Shown here piece after piece: positions 37,801-50,489 of a stretch of DNA of 64,000 nucleotides; position 1 is the first letter of the stretch; each line of letters begins with the position of its first letter. The position numbers and the translations under genes were made by a program. The DNA is from Catajapyx aquilonaris. Taxonomy: Eukaryota. The stretch lies in contig KZ538276.1 in the NCBI GenBank assembly GCA_000934665.2, positions 1 through 64,000 of the forward strand, in the 5' to 3' direction. The notes beneath the pieces were generated by a model. That model made no database searches. It was not told where the DNA came from and saw only the letters and a program-made list of their open reading frames with translations.

Positions 37801-39080
37801 TGTACCCGACTGTGCATCCCGCTGTAAACAACTTGATCCTACTAATTCGTAGTGACCTGTCTAGCGCATTATCGCCAGCTGTCGACAAATAAAAAGAGCA
37901 GCACACGCAATATGTGCGAGTCCAATCAGCTCCCACCATCTTAACCCCCCTGTGATGTCAGTACGCCAAAATCAATTTGTTTGAAGCTCCCTATTTTACC
38001 CCCCGTCTATTTTTGGGGGGGATAGCGTAGATATGGGGGGGGTCGTATGGCACCAAGGGGGGTGGCCTCCATTTCCATCAATTCTCCACTGCCTATGACA
38101 GCTCCCTCAGCATGGTAAACACAAGACTCTTTTTGTCATCCCAAAAATCTTTGGGGGGGTGACGAACCTGACTGTTTAAAAACTAGGTGTGACGTCACCA
38201 GGGGCAATCAAACGTCGGTGTGTCACACGAGTGTCGAGCCAAAGTGTCGAGCGGTTTTTGCACTCAAAAAGCGCCAGGCACCCTCTGAAATATTGATGCT
38301 TGATTGGCGGACGTGATCAATTGGCAGGGGTTTCCTTTTCAACAATTCTTTGGTCGACAACTAAAATGACTTTTTGAGTGTTGAAGTAATAGTACTCAAC
38401 ACTTTGTCGCGAGCAGGTTTGGAGTTAGTTTAAGAACAATCATCATAGTTGACAAAATATTTCACTTGATTTGACGGAAAAATTGTGGTGAAAATGTTTC
38501 AAAACTGTTGTTTCAAGTAGTCTCTCAAAGTAAACAGTAATGCGTTTTTTTCATGTTTGTAACACTGATGTAACGGATCTGTTTGCTTAAAATACTGCTT
38601 CAGTGTCGTAATCATGTAGCACTAAAATATCCCGCAAATACCCAGCGTTATTTAAGCACACGCAAAGTGTCCGTATCGGTGGCCTGTACCAACGCCATCT
38701 AGCGTCACACCACCCAATTCCAAGCCTGTATTCTGTAGTTGACGACTTATTACTGCATTTTAAAGTAATGATACTATTCAAAGATTTCAATTATATTCAA
38801 ATTGCAAAATATTGCTTAGATATGAAGTCCGGATATAACAGACTTCAAGAAACTGCAGAAAGAGACTATGTTATAGCCAAATCGCCACTTTTGCAATGAA
38901 TATGCAATGTTTTCTGCTTTCCATACGCCTTTAATGCACACTATTACGTACTGATTAATGAAATCCATCAAAAATGCAAAATTAGCTCATCTGAAAATTA
39001 TGCAGGACCAAATAATAATAATTCTTCCTCCTTCTCCATTTTGCAAATTTTTTACCCGAGAAAGCATCTTTTCACTTCAA

Positions 39081-39279
39081 ATCCCGGAGCCGGCGACCCT
39101 GACCATGGTTTTCTGTGGTTTTTCATACCCCCCAGAACAATTCCGGAGTCGTTTCCGTAAAAATAGGCCACAGCCGATTCCTTCCTTTCCTATCCCTGGT
39201 CCCATCCAATGGTGGTAATCCACCTCCCTAATGGAGCCAAAGGCTCTAGCACGGGCTATGATAAATAACTTTAACAAAA
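39081..39279 (+). mobile_element. 5'-truncated SINE (family A2)
   Basis: Colinear with ~8830-9020 from the B box onward; 10-bp TSD ttcacttcaa (39071-39080 and 39280-39289). Confidence 0.88.
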
Positions 39280-39313
39280 TTCACTTCAAGGGGCCAAGAA
39301 GTGGTCTGTTATT

Positions 39314-39478
39314 GGGGCCGTCCAGACGGGCCAAGCTTGGCCGCGACTGGCCGCGGCCCTGGCCAACTTCCAGGAAGTTGGCCCGTGGCCTGGCCGTGGC
39401 GTTGCTAGGGGGCCGCTAGGTGTGAACCGTCGCGGCCGCGGCCAGCCGCGGCCAAGCTTGGCCCGTCTGGACGGCCCC
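39314..39478. mobile_element. GC-rich PIF/Harbinger-type MITE
   Basis: ATT|GGGGCCGTCCAGACGGGCCAAGCTTGGCCGCG ... CGCGGCCAAGCTTGGCCCGTCTGGACGGCCCC|ATT. Confidence 0.9.
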
Positions 39479-40507
39479 ATTCTGTTATATCATGAGTAAA
39501 ATTTATACATATTTCTTTATGGAAGTATGTTATAGCAGAGGCTGTTATATCCTGATTCAACTGTATAAGAAAAATTACAATCAAAAGGAAAGTACACCCG
39601 TGTTCGTATAAGTGCCATGCACCACCGCCATCTAGCGTCGCCTGTCCTCAATAAACCCTAAACATGGCCAAACTCCATTTTTTTTTTTGTCTTCTTCACT
39701 TTCCCCCACATTTCCCACCGCCAAAAACCACCAACTCACTCTCACCAAAAAAATGAAAGTGTAGGCCATATCCCGCAGACTTTGGGTGAAGGATGGCAAA
39801 GAGGAAGGAGCCGTAAAAAGAGGGCGGCCCAGGCCAGAGCAGAGCTTAACGGCGTAATTAGGGCTGCCTTAATGCCTTGTGAGAGAGAGAGTAGGGGGGG
39901 GGGGATAGAGGGGTGCTGAAAATGCCAGAAATGTAGCCGAGAGAGGGGGGGAAACTGAGTTGATGGGCAAAACCCCCCTCACCAACCAGCGAGTGCATCA
40001 AATGGCACTGACCAACCTCCCAAAGAACACAAAGGCCCGCGAGGCAGTTTGAGGCCCTGATTATGACCTTGTGTAGCCCACCAAATCAGTGTCTGGAAAC
40101 GTCTAAAGAGACATTAAATGTTAGCGGGTACCAGGCTTAATGACCTTTGAACAAATAAATGCGTTACCCTCTTTACGACATGTCCACGCAAAAAAAAAGG
40201 AATGGTCAAATGGATGTTCCAACTTTTTAAAGTTATGCGGAGTTACGTGACTTGGGTGTCGCCACACTGAGACATGGTGGAGGTTAACTCGAGCTTGTGG
40301 ACATTACCATTGTTACGGCCTTAGTTTTGATTGTGGTGGGTCATAAAAGGCTTGGGTGTTGCTTGGTACATGCACGATGAGACTGGGGCCTTATTTATGC
40401 GGGCTATTAAAAAGGGTCTGGACTGTTGTAAACTGCAGTGGCCTAACATTACCAGAGGGCAAGGAAACAATCAGAAAAATATGCCATTTGCAACAAAGTC
40501 AGCTCAA

Positions 40508-40738
40508 CATACCTTCAATCCAGTTGGTCACCATACCTTCAGGCCAGTTGGTCACCATACCTTCAGGCAAATTGGTCACCATACCTTCAGACCAGTTGGT
40601 CACCATACCATCAGGCCAGTTGGTCACCATACCTTCAGACCAGTTGGTCACCATACCTTCAGCGCTTCAGGCCAGTTGGTCACCATGCCTTCAGGCCAGT
40701 TGGTCACCATACCTTCAGGCCAGTTGGTCACCATATCC
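40508..40738 (+). repeat. 24-bp tandem repeat (cataccttcaggccagttggtcac), ~9.5 copies
   Basis: Direct reading. Confidence 0.95.
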
Positions 40739-42133
40739 TGCGATAGTGAAGTGACAGAAATCCCTCCTTCCTGACCACCTTCCGATATAGTGAAGCGGTC
40801 TTTCAATCACTCCAATTGTCTTCCGATTATATTGTTGTGACGCACAGTACAATGTTGGACATTAATGGGGGTCATACTGCTTGCGACATCGGCAGAAGTG
40901 CAAATCGAAGTTATAGAGTGGGAGTCGTGTGAGTAAGAAGAGGTAGGCCTTGAGTGACGTCACTGGCTGGGTGGCAATGAAGAAAAGGCTTGTCCTCTGC
41001 CTGTGACGTCACCCAAGAGCTACTATTTCTGACTAGCACTGACCGCACACTCCAACTGACCAGCACATACTGACCCCATTTGCTGCAAGGTTGTGATAAC
41101 AAGGGTCAAACAGGGTACATTTTACGACCCTAACCTTTTGACGCATTTTGAACAATAGGTATTTTACAGCATGATTTACAACAATAATGTCATACACAGT
41201 AGCACAAACAGTAGAAATTGTCACTTGGTAAATTTTCCCAAAAAACAACAACAAAAAATCACATTGTTGTGTGTCCTGATAATCGTGCTCAAAATCACAC
41301 CATCTATTTATACCAGCAAACTTTGGGGCCCGGAACAAAGCAGGGTTAAATGGGAAGCTATCGTGACCCGACTAGTCTTATATATCTAGAAATTTAGAGA
41401 TTATAACCCTCCCACCCCGTACCCTCACCCCTCCGCTCACCCTTCTCTCTTTCCCTCTCTCTTCTAATCTACCATCTACACTTCGAACTCTATTAGCCTT
41501 CATAAGTAGAAGCCTCCACCAAACTCACGGAACCAGATCCAAACGTTAGGTGGTGGAGGGGGGGGGGGGGNGGAAAGGGGAAAGGGGGGGGGGGCTTATT
41601 CAAACATTATCGAACATCACGGAAGTTTGGTGCCCCCTACTCTTCGAGATGTGAATCGTAAAATAATAAGTTATGTGAATAATTTTATGCACACAGACAT
41701 TGCACAATGCAATTAGAATCATAATTATGTGTTCTAAACAACCACTAATTAAAACCAAACGGATAAATTTATCTCAAATCACGAATAAATGAAATTAAAA
41801 TGATATACGTAACAATAGAAGCAAATAAATAAAATACTAAAATAAAATAACAAAATAAATCAACAAATAAAAAATAAAAAATTAAACTTATAAATAAAGT
41901 AATATGAATACAGTAATGCAAATAAAATAATATCCAAATAACTCAGATAACGTAATAGAATAACAGACATGAATAATGAATAATGAATAATGATAAAATG
42001 TAATACTTCAAAAACCTGCTCATTATTTTATTTTATTAATATATTATTAAAATTCTATATTGCATTTCATTTCTATAATTTTTATATCTTCCATGCGATT
42101 TGTTTTATTTTGTAAGGTAAATAATATCTATAA

Positions 42134-42578
42134 CAGGGAGCATATACTACATAAGAGGCGCAAACATTCGATTTTTTTCGTCTCTCTGTTTATCGCGTTG
42201 CCAAGGCTGGCGGCCATCTTGAAGTGTGTGGTATGTCAAAGAGGTATAAATAGGGTACAGGCAGGCAGTCAAGGTCCGCGGGAGTCCGCCATCTTTGATA
42301 GTTTTGGCTGCCATGGAAATACACGGCAATAACAATTTACTTACCCATTTTCCAATATCGAATTCAAATTCGCGCGCGTTCTTGCAGTGTAGTTGCCATG
42401 GCAGCCAAAACCATCAAAGATGGCGGACCTTATTTTTGCCTGTACCCTATTTATACCTCGTTGGTATCCCACACACGTCAAGATGGCCGCCGGCCTTGGC
42501 AACACCCTATAAACAGAGAGACGTGAACAACAATGGCCCGACAGAAGTTTGCGCCTCTTATGTAGTATATGCTCCCTG
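42134..42578. mobile_element. P-like MITE (family P1), both ends intact
   Basis: 7-bp TSD tctataa (42127-42133 and 42579-42585); TIR CAGGGAGCATATACTACATAAGAGGCGCAAAC / GTTTGCGCCTCTTATGTAGTATATGCTCCCTG; long palindromic arms. Confidence 0.9.
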
Positions 42579-44360
42579 TCTATAATATTAAAATCCTTGC
42601 GGGAGTTGGCCGAGCCTTCTGATTGGTCCGCCGCATATTGTTACCGCCACCTCCCCATTGGCCCGCGTTCTAATCACGCGCAATTTGGTGTAAACAACTT
42701 CTGTTGGGTTGCCGGGGAAACTGTCCATTCCCCGGCGATATGGTGCGCCGAATAGGTACCCCAGGCCGTAGGCCTGGAAAAGAGCGAGCGAAGCGAGTGG
42801 TTTGCGAGAGTTTTCCTAGTAGTATTATAAATACGTATAAATACAATAATGAATGATGAATAACGCAATGCTTCAAAAACCGGCTTATTATTTTATTGTC
42901 TTTATTTAATATTTTATTTACGTTCTATATTTTATTTCATTTCATTTTACTCTTACAATTTCTACATTTTCTACGCATTTATTTTATTTTTGTAGGAAAA
43001 TTGTTATATAGTATTATAAATATAAATAAAATAACGAATAAAAAAAACATAATTATAAATTTATCTTTTAATCATTAATAAATGAGTTATTACCTGAATT
43101 CCTGTAGTTTCTAGATCAGAGCTGGCATTATTTGTGTGGTCTATTTATCTAGCTGGGTGTGTCCCAATAGGCAAGGAGCTTAACTAGAAATCCACTCTCC
43201 CAGCTCTGCTTTCTCACCCTGAGTGTCCCCTGGAAATATTTATGGAAACGTATATAGTCCCTCCCGTCTATACATCCTCCCCACTCTCGCTCTCTCTCTC
43301 CCCTCCCCCGCTTCTCCCTCTCCCCCACTCTCCTTCCTTTCCAGTATAAACGTATTTAGAGGTGTGATTAGCATGGGAGGAAAGGGAACTGGCTCGTCAG
43401 CGCTTCCATCTCGTTAGCAGCCTGCAGCATCTTTCTCAGGCTCATCCTCTCTTCCCTCCCTCTCTTCCTCTCCCCATCTCCCCATCTCCCCATCTCCCCT
43501 TCCAACCAACCCCCCCACCATCTGATCAATACCCGATTGTTCCAATTTATCACCTGGCAACCTGTGTCTCTGTCCCTAGGAGGTTCCAGGGATTTTTTAC
43601 CCTCATGCATTCATGTTTTTTTAAAGGAAGGATGTGAAGGTGACGTCGGAATTTTTCAGGGGTGTTATGAGTGTTATTAATTCCATATTGAATTGTGTCA
43701 ACTAGGTGCCAGTTGTTAATTGGACAATTTGTTATTTATTTAATTTGAAAAATTTTGTGGCCATTTGTTAATAGTGACTTCGTTATTTTGTTATTGTTAA
43801 GTGGACAGTTTGCCTTTATTTTTATTTTTCGCTGCTAGTTGGATAATATTGTGAATAATATTTGCTTCATTAATGCTTTAATTAACAAAGCATTAATTGA
43901 TAGTTGGACATTTTTTATTATTAAGTGGAAAATTTAGTTTTTATTTCATTTTTACTAGACTAGCTAGAATAATATTGTGAATGAATTTAGCTTCATCAAT
44001 TGATTGTTATTATTAATAGGGGAACCTGTTCATTATTTTATTCACTTTGATGTTAATTGGGAATTTCGCTACTGATTTTACTTCATTAATTTTTGTAGTG
44101 TGATTTGATTTGCGTGTTATCAATCCCATTTGTTGTGGTGGTAGACTACGTGTCAGGTGTTAGTTGGTCAATTTATTAATAAATTTATTTCACTAAATTT
44201 TCACCACATTATTCTTATTTCTGATATTAAAATACTGTAGTATCAATATTGTTATTCAATATATTATTTTCTGTATGTTGCGTCATTTATTGTTACAGTA
44301 CACAGTATTTCCTCATTGTAGTTTTCACTTCACAGCCCCGTATTCCTTAACACTACTACC

Positions 44361-44436
<76 letters not shown>

Positions 44437-44860
44437 AGTAGCAACAGCAGCAGTAGTAGTAGTATACAAAATATTCTTTGTAAATGTGGGAAACACACTA
44501 ATGTTTGTTTGCTAAAATGCAAATAAGTACTTCAATAATTATATAACTAATTTAACAATAACTAATAATAACTTACTAATAACTAATAATTTTAACTTAC
44601 TAATAACTTTATTTATTTAACTTTAACTTACTAATAACTTTATTTATTTAACTTTAACTTACTAATAACTAATAATAATAAAATAAATAGATATCTAGAT
44701 AGATAATAAATAGATAAATGCGTAGATAATAAATATATAGATAATAAATAGATAGATAATAGATAGATAATAAAGAGAGAATAAATATACAGATAGATAA
44801 TAGATACATAATAGATAGAATAATAGATTGATAATAGATAGATAGCTAAATAAAGAGATA
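44361..44860 (+). repeat. (CTA)n microsatellite followed by AT-rich and (GATA)-like low-complexity repeats
   Basis: Direct reading. Confidence 0.9.
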
Positions 44861-46179
44861 ATTAAATAGCCTAGACTAAATTTCTCATTATTAATTTTGT
44901 GAAATTTTTTACAATTTTTAATGGATCTTAGACGTTAGTTTTTAAAACTATGGCACGTTTGTCTCTTCTAGCATCCTTTCGCAAAACCTTATCAACGTCT
45001 CCATTTCCGCTCCAAACGTCTATTTGTGGTACGGTACGCTAATAAATATGGAGTTGCATCAGTTGGCCTTTTTATTTCGACTCCTCTCCCTTCCCCATGC
45101 CAGGACCTGTACACGCCAGCCCATCCATACGTGAATAATTGCGTGAACCGAGTACAATCCGGTAATTGACACGTACTTTGATCGTCTTTGTCGCTTCAGG
45201 AACGCCTCGAAACACGTTAATAGACACGGACGTCGATTCAACCCCTACAAAAAAGACAGGTCCGCATTGACGACGTATAATCTCATCTGTCGATACCCAT
45301 TTTTTTTTTAAAAAAAAGAGAGAGTGTATGGGTGGGGCATTACCACACACAGAATATACTGGATGAAATTATGCATGGTCTGAAGCAAATAATCCGGGGC
45401 GCGAATTGCGACAACTGTTTGGTCCGAATTCCTGGGGTTCTCGACACGCTTCACGTGTCAATCGCTCGCTGGGAAGGACTCGCCTCGCGTGACCTTAATC
45501 ACCGGGTGCGTGTACATCACGCACATGCTCGCATTTTGATCGGTTTTTGGGTGGGGGTTGGTGGGGGGGGGGGGGGGGGAAGAGAGAAATGCGGCATGGA
45601 GAGGGATTAACCCTTGGGTGGGGATGATCCGGGGTTAGTGGGTTTGTTGCTATTATTGGTTGCAACAATGGTGGGGTTACTAGTAGGCAGGTTTAGGCTG
45701 GATAATGTTAGAGGCTGGGATTCACACTGGTTGTCTTTGGGTCGTTGTGATCCGATGGTATACTGTATGCCATATTGGAAATATGCACCAAATCGCATTA
45801 CAAATATTGGTAATCTGTAGGATGCCAGGTGGGGTGAGATTTATGCCAGCACATTTTTTTGGACAAGAGTGTGCCCTACCGTGAATTTTACTAGTCATTG
45901 CCAACCTTGACCATCTCCCAATATAGTGAAACATGCCTAAATTCGATTGCTGCCAGTAGGGCGCACTGTTATTTAAAAATGCGCTGGCACAATCTCGCCC
46001 CACTGGCACAATCTCGCCCCAAATTGACGGTATATATAAAAAAATTAAATGTACGTGCTATGAGCCCACATTTTTACTCTTTTATTATCATCATTTATTA
46101 TTAACAATTTATTTTTGATTTTAATTTTTTATTGTGCAATTATTTACCATTTCTCTACCTATTTGTTAAATATCCATTT

Positions 46180-46710
46180 ATTTTATTATGATCTATATTT
46201 ATTATGATACATTTATTATTGTGATCTGTTTATTGTTTACTATTGTGATCTATTTGTTTATTATTGTGATTTATTTGTTTACTATTGTGATCTACGCAGT
46301 TATTGTTTATTATTGTGATCTCTTTATATACCACGGTATTGCTAGGGTCTATTCATAATTTATTACTATGATCTATTTATAATAATTTATTACTATGATC
46401 TATTTATAATAATTTATTACTATGACATATAAATAAATTCAGAGTAATAAATTATAAATAAATTCATAGCTAATAAATTATAAATAAATTCGTAGCTAAT
46501 AAATTACTATAAATAAATTCGTAGCTAATAAATTATAAATAAATTCGTAGTAATATATAAATAAATTCATAGTCATATATAAATAAATTCATAGTAATAA
46601 ATTATAAAAATCATAGTAGGCTAATACATAAAAATAAATCAGCGATTATTATGAATTTATAATGTATCAGGCCTACTATGATTTTTATAATTTATTACAA
46701 TGAATTGTTT
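46180..46710. repeat. AT-rich ~28-bp satellite that switches orientation, with a hairpin at ~46585-46706
   Basis: ataatttattactatga units followed by tcatagtaataaattat units; attataaaaatcatagtaggc / gcctactatgatttttataat. Confidence 0.75.
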
Positions 46711-47354
46711 GTTTGTTACAATATACTTTATATTTACTTACTAATGCTACTAGCTCTATACTGTACAGTGTACAGTCATAGTGTACAAACGCACATCTTG
46801 TGATAGGATGTATTACTGTACAGTATAGCATCATAAATCCAGGACGAATCTCGACGTGGTCCAGACCAGGTTGCGTCTAGTTTGAAACCACCGTGTGTGA
46901 ACACCCCCCCTCCTCCCCGTCCCCCATCTACCTGTCAAATTCAACCCCCTCCCCTCCCCTCCCCTCACTCCAGAGTAAAATACCCAACAGCACCAACATG
47001 CTGTCTCCATGGACACCGCGACCGGATCCCCCAAACGGCTTCAGGGTTGTCGCACGTCGCATTACAGTTCCATTTAGAAGCCCCCACGACCGTCCCTTGC
47101 AGCCTGAAATAAATTCCCAGCATGTACTACAAGACTCCTTAGAAAGGATTCCAGACCCCCCGGATCAAAAGACAACAACAGGAAAATCCGGAGAGAGGAA
47201 CTAATAACAGCAAAAGTCCTTATTGTTATCAACAAACATTTTCTTTTGTGTGGATATGGTGGCGTACTTGTGGCGCCATGAGACAATCGCGGGAAAGGAT
47301 TGATTCGACATTTTTCCATCGGTATGGCCACGGTCATACGAATGGTATGGAGGG

Positions 47355-47580
47355 CCTACGTGTATACAGTGTATACGTGTATAATTGTATAACTGTATAC
47401 GTGTATAATGGTATACGTGTATATGTGTATATGTGTATAATTGTATACGTGTATATGTGTATACGTGTATATGTGTATACGTGTATACGTGGATAATTGT
47501 ATACGTGTATACGTGTATAATTGTATACGTGTATACGTGTATAATTGTATACGTGTATACAGTATACAGTATACAGTATC
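47355..47580. repeat. (TGTATACG)n-like microsatellite
   Basis: Direct reading. Confidence 0.95.
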
Positions 47581-49859
47581 ACTACATGTAGGCCATTACT
47601 GAGCGAAACACGACACTTGCACTTACCTGTAGCCTCCAGCCAGGTTTAACTCTACATTTGCACTTAGTAGCCTCCAGATACGTTTCGCTCTAGCTTGCTC
47701 ATTAAAATATATCTGAAATATGACACCATCGGTTTCGTAATTTCCTATAGTGGGTATTGAAAACCCTGGTAGAAGCCAAATGAAGCGTAGGCAGATCGAT
47801 AGTACCTCGCGTCTCTTTTCAAACATTGTGAGGTCGAAAATGTCAAATGCAGCGATTTGAAAAGTGGAAGCCTAAGCGCTATTTTGTTAGATACTGCCAC
47901 CCCCTATACCCAGGTTTGGTGGTATAGGGATGGGGGAAAAAATAGTGAGGGTGGGGCCTGACTGGCAAAGTGGAAGTTACACAACGAAGCTGCTGCTTTT
48001 GGCAATGGTCAATGTTTGTTCTTTCCAAACAGGATGACAAGGATAAATGGGACGTTAAATTGATAAACACGAAGCCGCCCCCGACACGCAATTTACGAGC
48101 TTGTTCTTAAAAGTGGCCAACTCATCACTTGTTCGCCATTTTTTAAATGGAAGCTCCAGCCTGAATGTGATTTTATCATTTTAAAAAATATAAGCCAAAA
48201 TTTTCAAGTCGAAAAAAGCCATATTTCTAGGCATGACCTTGAAGAATCCGGTTTACTCGCGCCTCTTGTGTCCTTGAGGCCGAATCTGGCTGACTCGCGC
48301 CTCTCATGACCTTCAGCAAACTCAGCACACAACAATCGCTCATTTTGTGCAGCAAGATAATAATCGGCTGGCCCAATATTTACCAGCGCATTAGATAATT
48401 ACAACGGTAATGAAAAGTGGTGTAAGCAACTGTTTGTTCCCTGTCAGATTAACAAATGACGTGTCCTGTTATTACCACGGGCCACGTATCACTTTTTAGC
48501 AGAAGCTAATAGAGCACGCTCATTGAAGCAGTGTGTGTGTGTTTACAGTCACCTAAACAAAAAAAATATGGTGGAGGATAACCAACAAAGGGATTTAAGA
48601 AGTGACAAAAATTTGAATATTATTAAAAAACCAGACCAGTATTTTTTTTACTTGTTCATCTATGATACAACCAGGTGATCACAACGCAGAAAAAAATTTG
48701 TTCACTTGTCTCCATTATAGAAAACCAAAAAATTGAAGGCCAGAAAACTTGGCGGCCGGAGTCACTGAGGATAGCAGTTATTCTTTTTTTATATATATTT
48801 ATAAAATTCCATTGATATTGGGGGGGGGGGCTGGAAGGGGGGGGATATACTGCAATATACAAAAAAAACACTCCAGAAAGTTTATGAAAAGGAAATTGGT
48901 TCACAAAAGAAAGTGTGCGCTCATTTTTTTTTAAATATTATACAGTAATATATTATGATATATACTTTTTATGTACATTTAAAAGTTGGCAGGGTTGGCA
49001 GATGAAGCATATTTTTTTTTGAAATATCCATTACATAACAAACAATTTTCGCACGTTGCATAAACTGACAACAGTTTTTTTTATTATAAAATAGTTCACA
49101 GATTGTTGCACCACATTTTGCAACATAAGTTATGCGAACCTTAAACCAAAAAAAAATTATCGAACAATTTCCTCTTTTGTTGTGTGGCCTAGATTTAAAT
49201 GATATGGAAATACAACCATTTTGAGTTATGTTGACTTTGCCCTATTGTTATTCCACGCTGAAAATGCGGAGTGGATAGTGTCCCCCCCCCCCCCTAACCA
49301 CCATCATACGCTCGGTACTTCCAGGTAATGAAAGTGGAATGAATTTTACATTTAATCATTTCCATTGTGAACCATAATCATATTTTTGGACATGGGTAGG
49401 AGAGAGTTTATATGCACACAAGCAACATTCACTTTTTTTTCTTCTTCTTGTAAATCCATTTTTAGTCCCAAAAAATTCTGCACCAATCCTTGTCAAGGTC
49501 CATATAAATAAACATGGAAAAAAACAGTGACACCGCGCACTTCACTTCACCCCGAGTAGCCAATAAACAACAATCGTCATGATGCGTCGACATTTATTTA
49601 CATTGAGTCAAAAAAAAAAAAACTCACGGAACCACAACCGAACTTTTTCCTCCCAAAAAAATTTTGATACAAAAAATGATATGTACCGATATGTTTCACA
49701 TTTCAAAAAAAAAAAAAATCGTCTCAAGTTGTGATCCCGATAGAAAATGCAGACCGAAGTTTGAAAAAACGACGAATTTTCGCCCTCTCAAAAATTTGTG
49801 TTTTTTTTTATTTGTAAAAGAAAAAAAAACTAGTCACGTTGCGTTTTAGAAGGGGGACG

Positions 49860-49997
49860 CTAGACACAGCTTTCCGGGACGTTAGTAGTGGACAAAAGCT
49901 GCTCTTTGATGAGGACGCCGTTGAGCTCCGGGCCTTCTGCACTGTTACTCCGGATAAGGTATCTCACGTCTCTTTCATCTCCCCTGGATTTACTTCC
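49860..49997 (-). CDS. Sidestep-like terminal coding exon (GSKSRGDERDVRYLIRSNSAEGPELNGVLIKEQLLSTTNVPESCV*)
   Basis: Acceptor tttttcgttgcag| in phase 0; stop TAG at 49862-49860. Ends in ESCV, a class I PDZ-binding motif of the kind seen in Side-family tails. Not in the ORF track. Confidence 0.88.
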   Translation of the reverse strand, partial: GSKSRGDERDVRYLIRSNSAEGPELNGVLIKEQLLSTTNVPESCV

Positions 49998-50489
49998 CTG
50001 CAACGAAAAACCGACCCCGGGCAATTTAATGAAGACATTAAACTACATGGGGTTCCAGCAATTAGGGTCATTCACACAAAAGAGCTAGGGATGAAGCACA
50101 ACAATTCCAAAAAGGGGGTCGAGATTGATACACACTGTTTCTACCAAATGTTTTAACGGACCGTTAACAAAACCTTTGAACACTATACTTACGGGGGTTA
50201 GGCCCAAACTCTATTTTCGTAAAGTAAAATTCACAATGCACCCTCTGGTTGCATTTCATTCACATCATTACCGCACGGTTTGTTTATTCATACGGCAGCC
50301 ACCAGGATTTTACATCCGTAATTTATGCTGAATTAGTTATTGCATGCTCGGTCGTGCTCGAATGCAATTTTATATATCTGGGGTATCTTATGCTTGGACC
50401 GTTAGCAGGGGGAATATTTGAACCGATTTTTACCGCTCCCTGTGGCCATAAATCACTCCAGTTCATCATATGCTGATATAGTGAGCGGT

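Noticed and set aside
40331..40774. 147-aa ORF with HHTFRPVG repeats
   Set aside because: Translation of a 24-bp tandem repeat that is open in several frames; no supporting gene structure.
45059..45350. Minus-strand exon after the acceptor at 45245
   Set aside because: Acceptor is plausible, but there is no strong donor or recognisable peptide.
317..48934. Most ORFs in the supplied track
   Set aside because: Short, often non-ATG, overlapping on both strands, and arising from microsatellites, MITEs or SINEs; no recognisable domains.
49839..50156. 105-aa plus-strand ORF
   Set aside because: Antisense shadow of the real minus-strand terminal exon.
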